The position numbers and the translations under genes were made by a program. Shown one piece after another: positions 14,675 through 26,823 of a stretch of DNA of 64,000 nt. This stretch comes from Auanema rhodensis. Its lineage: Eukaryota > Animalia > Nematoda. The notes under the pieces are model-generated. The model was not told where the DNA came from. It did no database searches and saw nothing but the letters and a program-made list of their open reading frames with translations. The stretch is taken from NCBI GenBank assembly GCA_964057225.1, contig OZ059896.1:18228001-18292000 (forward strand), given 5' to 3'. Every line of letters begins with the position of its first letter. The stretch's first letter is position 1.

Positions 14675-17292
14675 CAATTTCAATCTATTCGATTGTTAGC
14701 TAATTTGAGTTCCAATGTTTGGATGATGACAACTTTCCTTACGAAAAGTAAATTGTTCAAGATTTTTCACTTTGATGTCAAAGCATAACTTGATATGTTG
14801 AGGAACTTTTTTCTATTTTTCTAACTTCCATAGATCAATGACACCTTCTACACCAAAAAGTTTTATTGGCTTTTACGCGGTAAAGGCCTTAATCTCATAT
14901 TTCATGTGAAACGTAGCATTGACAACAAATGCTCATCACATTGACGTCAGCAAACCCAGCCAAGCTCAACTATAAGGTTGGGGGTTAGGAGGTGAACTAT
15001 CACAAGCACCATCCTTGTTCTATCTCCTCCCACCTGTAGTGTGAGGTAGTGATCTTATGCGCTATTTTTAAAACTTTTTCTCTCAATTTCTGAAAGAAAA
15101 AGAACAATGATTTCTATCTCTCAAACTTGTTCAATAGCGTTTGGTCCTGTATAGCGTCTTAGTTAAGAGATCAAGTTATGAAAGAGAAACAAAAACGAAT
15201 AGAAAGGAGGGATAATTGATAATTTGAAAAAATAAAATAGATTTCGATTATAAAACTTTAATCATTTCTTTTTGATTAATATTATGCTTAAAAGAATTTT
15301 AAATATTTGAATTACTTAGATGAAAGCAAGTACTTTGAATATACCAAAGATATTTTACTCAAAAATTTCTATTAGTTCATTTTAAACTGTAAAATCAATT
15401 CGCATGTGTTATAGATCGACCAATTCGTCGAGTTGCTTCAAAGTTAAAACGAAGACCAACTGATGAACTCAACAAACTCCGTCGGAAGGGAGAAGATTGG
15501 ACTGCTAACGACCTTTTCCGTTTTCAATACAGTGTGCCTGAGGCTGGAACGCCAGAAGAACGTCGTCAGCTCTGCTATGAATGGCTAGATAGATTACACG
15601 ATATATCAAAGAAATACTGCTATCTTGCTTGGTAGGATTCACGCCCCCAAAACAAATTACCGAATCGAATTGGAATTGTTTAGGTACGAAGCAGCTATAT
15701 ATGCTTGTTACTATCGTTTGGCACCCATATTAACGGACCCGGAAGAAAAGAAGTCTATTTGGAGAGATGCTCGTCAAGAATATGCCGAAATCTTTCTCAT
15801 GGGTCGCCGCATCTGGAGAAGGCCAATTCATCCTTCACGTCTTCGAGTATTTTACGACATGGCCATGCTTTGTGTTAGATTCGGTGAAGTAGAGGTAACA
15901 CATTTTTTGTTTCAACAAAGAAATTCGAATAAAATCTATTAAATAGCCTATGAACAACTGTCTTTACTAAATAGTTGGAATAGCTATTGTTGAAGTTAAG
16001 AATGACTGATCTAACTCAAATATATTACTTTTTTTTAAATTTTCAATATCAAGTAGATTAATGATTCTTAAAGCTTTTCCAAGAAATAAAATTTAAGGCA
16101 GTTGCTTGATCAAAACTCTTTTGTACTCAATAGATTTGAGATTTTAACTATTTAATCTAATGAAATACTTCCAGGGAGATAAGACTATCCCAATGTTCCG
16201 CAATCTTCTGGATGATGCAACAAACTTTGACTTCAAGGTGCTTAATGAGGTCGAATTCGCAAAGTCTATTGACAAGGTAAGATAAAGGTTAACCATCTTA
16301 AACTGAGATCATTTACAAATTAATCTTTTATTTTGTTTCAATATCCCATTTTTTTAATTATCCAAAACCCTTTTGTCTTTCTCTTTTCCTAAAATCTCTT
16401 TCTGATTCTCTCCATCTCTTTATCCGTCTCTCTCAATCTAACTATTTATCTCCCTAGCTTGTCTTTCTTGTCAGTTGGTCCGTCTTCAGCTGACATTACA
16501 ATAAATAAAATGTTCTTTACTGAAAACACTATTAGAAATCCATTTTTCATTCGTGAAAATGAATCATCTGATTTCTGCAAAATGGTTTTGATTGCAAAAG
16601 TTCGTTAATAACAATAGAGAACAGAAGACAGTGAGGTGAAGGTGATGAGGGAATTCTGAGGAAGTAGTAGTAACCTGAAAGTACAGAAATAAAATCCTAT
16701 TCATTCATTATGACTTTTGAAAATAACAATCTATGATCTTGATAATTAAAACATTTTTCAGGTCACAAGACTAGAAAATTTTGTGATTGATGAGTTCTAT
16801 CCACGTCGACGTTCTTCTGGATCTGTTAGAACAAGCTTCCGTTCTCGTCGGAATACTGACCGAAGTCCATCCAGACGTAGTCAAACAGATGATGATGTCT
16901 TTGTGGATGCCAAGTCGTCTATGTCATGCGCTGTCCCACCTCTAAAAGATGAATCCGATACTGATTTGGATTTGATAGATGAAAAGCTCCGCTGTATTCA
17001 TCTTTACAATGATGAGTTCTCAAAACAAGATTCATGTGACAAATACAGAAGCAGTCCTGACGTATCGTTATGGTCTGAATTAGATTCTATGAAATCAGCA
17101 TCTGAAGAGCCTTTAGTCGAAAAGCCAGTACATCGACAACGTAAAGGAGCTTCTATGTCACCTACAACAGAGCATAGACTCCTTAATATTCCCAAAATAG
17201 TTATAAATGCTCCAAGCCGAACAAACAGCATGCGACTCATATCTCCTCGTCTCAGTGTGAGATTCGAAGATGATGAGCCATTAATAAACTAA
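9322..17292 (+). CDS. Divergent 14-3-3-like protein with a basic N-terminal region and a Ser/Arg-rich disordered C-terminal tail
   Basis: Phase-compatible exons: 9322-9453, 14156-14336, 15415-15631, 15684-15894, 16175-16276, 16762-17292. The start is uncertain (Met at 9418, Met at 14159, or an upstream exon such as 7335-7364). CYYRLAP..DARQEYAEIF..PIHPSRL..DKT..LDDA..LNE..LENF parallels 14-3-3 DYYRYLAE..SQQAYQEAF..PTHPIRL..DKA..FDDA..LNE..RDNL. Confidence 0.75.
10871..10924. repeat. (CT)n microsatellite, intronic
   Basis: Directly visible. Confidence 0.95.
11455..11503. repeat. (GA)n microsatellite, intronic
   Basis: Directly visible. Confidence 0.95.
12369..12413. repeat. (CT)n microsatellite, intronic
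   Basis: Directly visible. Confidence 0.95.
14599..14671. repeat. (CT)n microsatellite, intronic
   Basis: Directly visible. Confidence 0.95.
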
Positions 17293-17649
17293 AATTTTAT
17301 CTTAATTCTTTCATTTTGTACATACCGTTTTCTTCAGTCTCATCAAAACTTTCGTATGGGTCCACGAATTTTCCTCAAGTTATCAATATTTTATTTTTTT
17401 TATTTTTTTTGAGAACTATGGTCACAACTGCCTGAATGAACATTTCGAGAAACAGATGAAGCAATAATCAATGCTATTCCTCGTCATATGTGCCTTATTC
17501 GTGGCCAATATCACTTTGTTTGTGCAATATTTGTTATATAGAGATATTATGAAATTCATTTCTGAGAAATATGACATTATAATAAATTTTTTATATTACA
17601 AATTTCTTGTTTTTGGATTTTATTAAAGCATACAGTACAGAACAATTTA

Positions 17650-19887
17650 TTATTTTAAGAATTTACGAACTTCAGCATTATAATTTACCAGCATTGTTTT
17701 CATCTCTGGAGATCTTGCTGAATCAATTAAATTCTTGATCATGTCACTAAACCATCCATATCCCAGAGATATCACCTTGGCGTGTGTGTATATACGATTT
17801 AAATCCTGAGCAAAATACATTTTCAGGAAAAAATGAAAAGAATTATACCTCGTGAACGTCAGGCACACTGTTCTTTTTGATCAATTTTGACAACTTAGTA
17901 GCAGTATCTCTAGATAAATATTCCCCATTTATCCAATTCGCGTGAGTTATTAAGCGAGATTTCGTAGCTGTACTCAATGGTTTTACCTGAATTTTAACCA
18001 TTCCTTCAACAATTCATCATTTAAATCTAACCTCAGGAGCACTAATAAAGTTCAAAAGATGTGACCAAGTTTCAGGATGAATCGAATCTGAAAGCAGCCC
18101 TAGAACTAGGTGACAATCTGATAACGGAATTTCTTCATTTGCTGAAAATATAAACTCTTATACGACCTAATATACGACTTCGCAAACCTAGAATACCATT
18201 TCCAACAGCAATGAGGAAGCAATATCTGGGAGGTTTCGATGTTCTCCGTATTTGACAAAACGCAACAGAACTCGTTTTTATTAATCCTTGCATGAGTAAT
18301 TCCATTAAAGATTTTGTATAAATCTGCATCTAAAACGAAAATCAACTACAAGAATATGAAGGCGAACAATCACACCTTTTTGGAGAATTGAGTCTCGTCA
18401 CCTGCACAGTCATTGTCAGTATAAGCTGAAAATGCAATATTAGAAGGAGTAATAAAGAAAATCTTAATTACCATTTTGCACAAGAAATAGCTCATCTGTT
18501 CCAACACCATTTATATATTTCTCACCCATATTTGCAGCAAGGAATCCAACTGTTTCAATCGTTTGTATATGAAATGGATTGGAATTTTGGGCCAATTTGC
18601 CTGATTTCTTCCAACGGTTCAAGAGCCGCCTCTTCTTATAAGTCCAGCTTGTAATTTTCCGCGGAACGCTTAGATTCTCCTTTTTAGGTTGCTGGGTAGG
18701 CTTTGGTAGAGTTTCCTCCTCAGATATTTCCTTTGAAGTTAATCTTGAAAGCTAGAAATCGGTAAAAATTGATTATCTAGAAAGAAGTTATGATGAACCT
18801 TAATTCTAATAGGAGCTTTAGAACCAAACTTCAAGGCTACACCTTTCATTGGAACACCTTTTCTATCTAGTATGAGATCAGTAAAGTAATACACGTAAGG
18901 AACTAAATGTTCGGGTTTTTTGCTAAAACGCTGATATTATGAATAAAACACTGAATCAAAGAGCATACCAAAGTGAGAAAGTACTGTTCATTGGTGAAGC
19001 TTCTACAATATTACGTATTTCTGCAAGCTTGCCTTTATTCTTCGACAAAACTAAGAAATGACATCGTACTCTACTCAAAATATTTTTCAAAGCAAGCTTA
19101 TTCTGGAACAATATATAATTAGAGCAAAACTTATGCTTTAGGTTTACCGGTTCATCTAAATTTATACCATTATCTATAATAAATACAATCCTATCATTTT
19201 TCTTTTCAGTTTGTCTCACAATTAAATCGAGAACACACTCAAAATTACAAGATGGAATATTGAGAATTTTTTGCTTCGCCAAACAAGTCAACCTAGAATC
19301 AGTTGGTTAAAGTTCTTAGAAAAATTGCACACCTTGTACTGAGCATTCTATAACTTGCAAAACTACCACCAAAAGAGCCTGATACTGGTCGTTCAGCTCT
19401 ATCAGTTAGTGTGGTCTAAACACAGGAAATATTTTTTTTTATTATTTATTTATCACCATTGCAAAGGCCATAGATTTTTCTTTACTTTTCGCATGTAATG
19501 TTGAGAAAAGATCGCAAAGAAATATGCATCCTAGGGAAAGTTTGGATAATGCTACAGCATTACTTGCAATATCTTAAAAAATGTTAGTTTCAAAAATTTT
19601 TCTCAATTTTCAAATACCGTGACGAGCTTCTGAAAACGGTGATCCTACAAATCTCCAAGCATTTTCACTTACTGTATCCAAGTAATCATGCCAATCAGAA
19701 GGACTATAAGTCATTTATATTTAAATACAGTAAAGCTTATGACTAACCATTGCCCCATAGAAGTTGCCGATGAAATAGCGAATAATATTCTTTCTTCACT
19801 ACCATTCGGAGGAGATGATTCTTTTATCTTTTCATCTCTAGGAGCTTCTACGATTGTTTCTTTTATTGCAGAAGTCTTTTTCCTCAT
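17650..19887 (-). CDS. vWA plus Ku-like beta-barrel protein; candidate divergent Integrator subunit 14 (INTS14/VWA9)
   Basis: About 12 exons joined in phase through short GT-AG introns, from ATG 19887 (MRKKTSAIK) to TAA at 17650. Motifs: RILFAISSATSMG, DRIVFIIDNG, IETVGFL, LMELLMQGLIKTSSVAFCQI, HANWINGEYLSRD, HEDLNRIYTHAKVISLGY. The gene model is well supported; the family call is an inference. Confidence 0.6.
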
Positions 19888-20536
19888 ATCTTTAATGAAT
19901 AAAATCAATCAATAAAACTAAAAACACTTGAGTAAATAGATAAGTTTTTTCCATTAATCAGGAGAAACTATACAGTATTTTCATTTGTATAGAAATAAGC
20001 GTAAGGTTATAACATATATTAAAACTTGAGTTTTTAAACGAATAAAGATTTTTATCCACACGCCCGGTCGAGATATTACGTGAGGATGATATTGCGCAGG
20101 AGGTTATATACATTTGAAACTATAAGACTTTCTGTTTTTTGGATCCATGAGAACTTAAGAGGAAATCGTCTAGCTTGGTTCAATTACTTAAAAGGCAAAA
20201 TACAAAAAAACATCATAACCAGTTATGTTCTTGTTTCTTTTTAAAATAAGAGAAATATATGTGACGCAGTTGACAGACGTAATTTACCAGATTAGTTTTG
20301 TGCAGATAAAGAAGAGATATAAGTAAATATTTATTTGCAATCTCAAGAACAAGTGAATGTAATTCCTGGGAATCTCGAAAGTAAGTAGAATATGGCCATA
20401 AAATTACAAGCATACACCAAATCTACAGTACCGATATTATTAACAATTATACTATTCCACAACATTATTGTACATACATATTTCATTTATAAAATAATAA
20501 ATAGCAATTGCAATAGAATATGAAAACTTATAACAA

Positions 20537-23500
20537 TTAATAGTATTTAGAACATTCTTTCATATAAGCCTCTACATTTTGACATGGTAACTGGGGATAA
20601 TAGTTTTCAATATATGCACATCTTTCTGAAATGAGAAAATATTTAGAAAAAATATTAGGATCACCCACCTAAAGCAAATTCCATTACGTCTGACATTGAG
20701 AATTGTTTTGCAAAATTAGCTATGTTTAAACAATGTAATCTACCTGGCTTCTCAATCTAAAGTTCAATAATGAATAAATTACTTAGAGACTATTTTAATA
20801 TTCACTTTATTTGGGGTTATAGTTTTGCGTTTGATTGGATGTACTCGGCTGGATTTATATGTTTGGGATTCAACTTGTTTTTCTATATCAGACAAGAATG
20901 TTTCTTCATCCATATCCTCTACAGTATTTTCGTCATCTTCGTCTTCAACCTGACCTAGTCGTTCCATTTCTTGTTCTATTTGTTTGTTCATGGGTTCACT
21001 AGGTTCAGAATGTCCTTCCTAAGAGTTTCCAAGCATATTTAAAAACTTAAAACTTATCAAACCGAAGACTTTTTCCTATCAACCAAAAAAGTTTTGATTG
21101 AATGAATTCGTCGTAGAACTGGTTCGTTATGAGATGAAGCTCTTTCCTTCTTTTCTAATTCGGCTTCTTCCTACAATGAATTGATGTGATTAATTATGTA
21201 ATAGATCCAAGTTGATTACCGAATCAGTTGGGATTGAGTCCATATGATCGAGAAATTCGTCTGTTGGAACTCTAGCTTTTGGAGGATTCTATAATTACAT
21301 TGATTTAACTGTTGATAAGGATGTTTTTTACCTTCAAGATCGCATCGCTTTGGCGTGGGCGAGGAACATCACTGGACAAATGATCCTAAGAAGAGATGTT
21401 TATTTTTATTTTTATTATTAATATGTAAAAATGAAAAAGTTGACTTACAAATTCACGTACAGCTTCGCTATCCAAATCGTTCTCAGTTGTTACAACTGGT
21501 TTAATTTTCTTAATTTTCTTTTTCAAAGAGTATTTATCTTTCTGAAATTGCAGAATGATTATTATATAACAAGCTCAAGGTTCGATGAATCAGATCAGTC
21601 AAAAACTTTCAAAAAATTACAATTTTCTAAAGATTTTGATTTTATGATACTTACTTCAAATTCTTCTCTTGTTTGAAATGCAAGTCTCTCATCAACCATA
21701 GGGACAGATTCGTGACCCTCATCTGGTTCTGAAGCTCTAAGAAACTCTTTATGTACAGAAGTAATACTCTGAATAATATTTAATTCTAATGGAATATATA
21801 TTTCTGTTTTACCTTTAAACTAACAGTCTTCTTCATATCGTTTGCACTGTCTATTGGCACTGGAACAGCTTGAGATTCATAAACAAGGGTGCTTCTTTCA
21901 TCCTGAACAAGTTTAGTGAATGGACTTTTTTATTTAAAGCTTATAAACCTCAGGTCCGTTAATGACATCCACTTGTCGTTCTGTATCTGCAGAAACTTTT
22001 CTAATGCTATTCGAAACTGTGTTAGGTGATTTAATTGGTTGAACAGGAGGAGCAGGAACAGTTGTGGTAGCAAGAGGAATATAGTTTGGAATCTTTAGTG
22101 CAGATGGATAATTAGTGTTCATAGCTCTCTGTAATGCGTCCTGGAAATGAATATAAGCTTCAAAGAAATTTAAAAATCCGAAAAACCTGAGTAAGTGTCA
22201 TAATTCCATTCATAGCATTATGATTGTAAAATGGGTTAATCATAGGTGGAAATGTATTCGCTTCATATCTAGCAGAATTTGCAAGAATTTGTGGCTTCTG
22301 AAATTAATATCCGACATGAATAGTGTGATGTTATACAAGTATTTATAAAAACAAACTAATTTGCATAAAATTTAACGGAGACGTGGAAAAATCAATATTT
22401 GATTCATTTCTTCAAAATATCAAAATGAAAACGCAATGTTTTCTTTTAATTTTAATACCATTTATTCAAGCCTATGCAATAAATGAAAATAATATATCTA
22501 CAACAGAATTCAAAATAGAAAGTAGTACAGTTTCAATGGAAATTGGCAGAAGTGAAAACGATGACACTAACATCGTTAGTACTAATTCAAGGTTAGAAAG
22601 CTTTTACTCTCATTCATTTTTATTATACTTATAGTGAAATACGGATAAAAAGAAAACAAAATAGTATAAAAATATTTTATAATGAGCAAAATTCCATGAT
22701 ACAAAAAATTTTAAAATATTTTTTGGATAATCTAAAGGGTGCTCATATAGCTACATATCCACTATTTAATTTAACGAGTGATATAAACATGTATTCAAAC
22801 AAAATTGAAGATGTCGATATATTATGCGAAAAATATGTTTGTTTACTTATTTATAATATTTTATTTTAATATATTATATTCGTAAATCTTCAGGCAGATA
22901 AATTAGTAGTTGATCAAAAACCTCAAGATTTTACTATTGTACTAATGACATTAAGTAATATAGAACGGGTAATTTCAAATTAAAACAAAAGAATTATAAT
23001 AAATGTTTTTAAATTTTATAGGCATCTGATATGTGTAATATAGCTGGAAACATATTATTTCTCAGATATTTACCATTTTATCATTTTGTTCTTCTAGCTA
23101 ATCTGCAAATTGATGGAGGAAGAACAATTTTTCCCGTTTATAGTACTATTTAATTCAAAAAATTAGATTAATATTGTAAATTAATAGATCCATACTTTAC
23201 TTTTCGAATTCAATATGTTGCAACAAGGTTAACTGATGTCATCAATTTGATGTCATATGGTACGGAAGCCGCCGTAGAGTATAATCTAAAGATGAAAAAA
23301 AAAGTTCGAGTACATCGTCATACTCATGATACGAACGTATAGACTATATTATCTATTTATATTTTTTATGTTTTTGTTTCAGTTAAATACAAATTCTCAA
23401 AGAAATAATATTTTAATATGGTCATCAACAATATTATTCTTTGCTGTTCTTGTAATCTGTATTTTAAATCGGGAAAGAATTATGATTAAACGAAAGAAAG

Positions 23501-24993
23501 CTCGTCTAGGAAAAGCTCGACTTTTAGCTGATAAAGCGAATGAGAATATTAGTGATGATGAGGTATAAATGAATCAAATATAAAAAAATAATAAATGTAT
23601 TAATTTGTTTTAGGTTAACATTCAAAATGTTGTGTAAAAGATCGAATTTTAAATGAGAAATAATACTGAATTTAAAATTTTAAAGAAATCAATAATGCTC
23701 AAGTTGCAGTTTTTTTTGTATTTCAACCTGTTGTCCTTGATAATCGGTTGTTTCTATTCTCTGTTGGAATAAATACATTTGTGACAGTATTTTGAGTAAA
23801 TAAAGAGAATTCAAGAAAAATTAAGACAATGTTAAAGACTAAAATAATTACCTGTGTTGTTGTAGTTGACTTAATCATTTCAGAATCTTGAGGAGTTTGC
23901 CTTTGATTAGCCCGCTGTTGTAATAATTGTTCAAGAGTAGGTGGTTGAGTTGGAGGTAGTAAAACAGGAATATAGAGCCTTAAACATGCTATTTAGAGAA
24001 ATTGAACTTATATTTGGTTCTAACGTTTGACCATCAGGTTGTACCATAGCTCTGTAAGCATATCGAGGAGAAGATGATCTAGAGCAAATTATTCATATAA
24101 TTAATAAATTAATGAAATTACTCTTGAGGTATGTTAGGAAGCAATGGAACTTGAGGGAAGTTAGGAACAGAATGTGGAAAAGTTTGATGTAAACTAGCAG
24201 GTAAAGATGGCTGTGGCAGTTGACTCACTGGTACATTTGGAGTTCCGAGCATACGAGGGAGTAAGCTTAAGAGAGAATGAAAGTAAAACTTATAAAAATG
24301 AAAAAGGAGCACCTTGATAAAGGTAAAAGGCCAGCGGTCGCTGGTGATTCTTGTATACCATATTGCCCATTCTTTAAAATAATTTTCAATTAATTAACTG
24401 ATAATGATGATAATTAATTATAAAATAAATAAGAATTATAGATACATAATAAATATATAAAACTTACTCCATTGGTATTTTCACTTTCTCTTAAATTTAA
24501 ATTATTAGAATATTATTATATCAAATTCTTCTTTTACCTAGTAACAATCCATGGAACTTTAGATGGTGAAGCAGTAGTTGAACCTTCCATGTAACCAGCA
24601 TTTACAGCTAAATCAGTCATGATGTCAGCTGGTAATTTGAATAAACTAAAAGAAAATCATAAGTTATAAAAGTTTAGGAAATTAGTTAATAGTGAAATTC
24701 AAATTAATGTAAAAACTTACTGGTACAGTTGAGGTGCTGGAGCCGCTGTAGTAAAGTTTATGGTCGTCATACCCATAGCTGCAGCCCGAGGGATTTGAGC
24801 AACAGCATGTATGGTATCCTAAACAGTCAGATTGGGTGTCTTCTCTCATTAAAATGAAAAAAATATATAATATTATCATAATATTTGAAATGAAAACAAA
24901 CTTTACCTTCACTATCTCTTTAACATCAATGAAATGTTCTTCACGTTGCTCAGATAAAACTATTAACCATAGAAATAATAAGAAGGCCCTCAT
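20537..24993 (-). CDS. Secreted Pro/Gln/Thr-rich apical-ECM protein with a C-terminal cysteine-cradle-like domain
   Basis: Signal peptide MRAFLLFLWLIVLS at 24993. About 19 phase-compatible exons, including a 22-nt exon near 24468-24489 and a phase-0 junction across the long intron 22298-23727. C-terminus HCLNIANFAKQFSMSDVMEFALERCAYIENYYPQLPCQNVEAYMKEC has the 4-Cys/YYP pattern of nematode cysteine-cradle domains. Stop at 20537-20539. Confidence 0.75.
22425..23637 (+). CDS. Orphan single-pass type I membrane protein, nested antisense in an intron of the cysteine-cradle gene
   Basis: Seven phase-compatible exons. Signal peptide MKTQCFLLILIPFIQAYA, RIKR furin-like site, two ectodomain Cys, TM ILIWSSTILFFAVLVICIL, basic stop-transfer RERIMIKRKK. 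Ends VNIQNVV* at 23637. Confidence 0.7.
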
Positions 24994-26823
24994 TTTGCTT
25001 GAAATAAAAAAAGAATAATCAATAGTTCAGTGTATTTGAATTACATGAAGTTCTAAGAGAAATAATGCAGAAATCGTATGTAGCTGTAACCAGATAAGCT
25101 AATGTATGAAGACAAAGAACATCGAAACTGCATCATCAGGCTAATCCCTTCAAGTTTTTGGAAGACAAATTGGTTTGTTTAGTAATCTGTACTCGAAGTT
25201 ACAAAGGATCAAGATAGGGGTTTGTGGACTAACAACTACAACTATGATAATATGAAACATTTCAATTTATATTTAATTAAATTATGTATATACATATTTA
25301 AATAAATTAAATAAATCTGAATGAAACATTAAAAACGACGTTCTGATTGCTAGTTTTGAGTGGCTTTTCGTTGTCTGATAAGACGGGAAGAGACAAAAAA
25401 GGGACGTAATGACCCAGATTGTGTGAAGTTGATCGTCTCTCTTTCCTCCTCGTAGGGTTGACAACGTTAACTATCCATGAAGAAGAGACGACATTGAGAG
25501 GAAGACGTTCGAAATTTTGAAGCTATCGAAAAAGTGGAATATGGTCAGTGGGATCGTTAATGAACGGAAAAAAAAATGAAAAAAATAACATTTTATCATC
25601 TTTTTAAAATGATAAAAGATAAAAATGCTACTATATCAAGCTTTAATCAGAGCTTGGATATAGCTTGAAATACGTTTATAGATGGAAGAAAATCAAAATC
25701 TTTAATAAAAGAATCGTTTGAAGCTGATGTAAACATTTTGTGAAGGAGGACAAAGTTGTTCATTCGCAGCTTTGAAAAAGGAAAATCATTTAGTTGTCAG
25801 GTTTAGGGTGTTCAAATATGGATAAAGGCCTCAGAGGCACAAAAAAAGATAGGAATTAGCTAAATTTCAAATAACGAAAAGTGGAAATGGACATTAATTG
25901 TTAGTTGAATAGAGGACAAACATGAGTAGAAAATTCGTATTCAACTATCCGCTATAGCTACATACATACATACATCTCTAACACATGTATGCATGTATAT
26001 GTCATAGTTAAAATTAAAAATATAATAATATATAAATTAAATTATTGAGGTAATTGAAGGAAAAAACTTGATTTGAACATATGCTATAAACATTAGAAAC
26101 ATTTGGTTCTATATCTATTAGAAATTATATGAAAAACGGAAGTTTATGGTTTGAAATTAAAATTGCGATACTTCCAAAACATCAGCCAGCATAGGCTCAT
26201 GTTGAACCATAAGAATGGATTGTTTCTGATGATCTTAATAGATGGATGAACATAAGAAGCAATTCATTACCGATCCGTATGACATTCAGATCGAGATGAC
26301 GAGAATAAGATGGGTAGGAAGATGGGTAAGATTGTCTATCTATCTTATCCATTTTGGAACATTTAATGGAATAAATCGTATAGGAAAGATAGAAGAATTA
26401 TCTGTATCTTTATCATAACTTGATCATATAATTCATAAAGATCAACGAAATATGTAAACGGAAAAGCATCTTAGGAAAATTTCTATTTTTCTGATCAGCA
26501 TCCTCATATCTTTCGGTATTTTTTCAAAGCTGATAACTCGAAACTTTTGCATTTTCACAAAAAATATTGACAAAACACAATTTAAATCATTGAATTGTAA
26601 TTTAGATCATATTTCATATTTACTTTTCCGAAATTGAAGTGTTTTTTCCGCTCAATGTTTTAATAGAATCTGTGTATTATACAGTATTCGATGGTCAAAG
26701 TCGGGTATTTTTCTTGAATTGATGTTTATATCTGAATGCAGTATATAAATCTGATTTAATATTATCTAGATTTCATATTTGAATTCAGATACTAGCCGTT
26801 GTGCCAAGAGAAAAGTGGACGAG

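Noticed and set aside
6715-14788. Many 60-120 aa ORFs rich in F/L/S or poly-LS/ER
   Set aside because: Artefacts of pyrimidine-rich introns and microsatellites; only the segments at 9322-9453 and 14156-14336 splice into a gene.
15042-15065. TGAGGTAGT, a let-7-family 5' end
   Set aside because: Only a ~6-bp local stem, with no pre-miRNA-length complementary arm.
18106-18345. ORF with FCC/HCCW that looks Cys-rich
   Set aside because: The upstream phase-0 junction selects the MQIYTKSLMELL frame instead.
24722-24850. Cys-rich peptide DCLGYHTCCCSNPSGC in ORF 24682..24993
   Set aside because: Splice phases require the other frame (DTIHAVAQIPRAAAMG...LYH), so the Cys-rich reading is off-frame.
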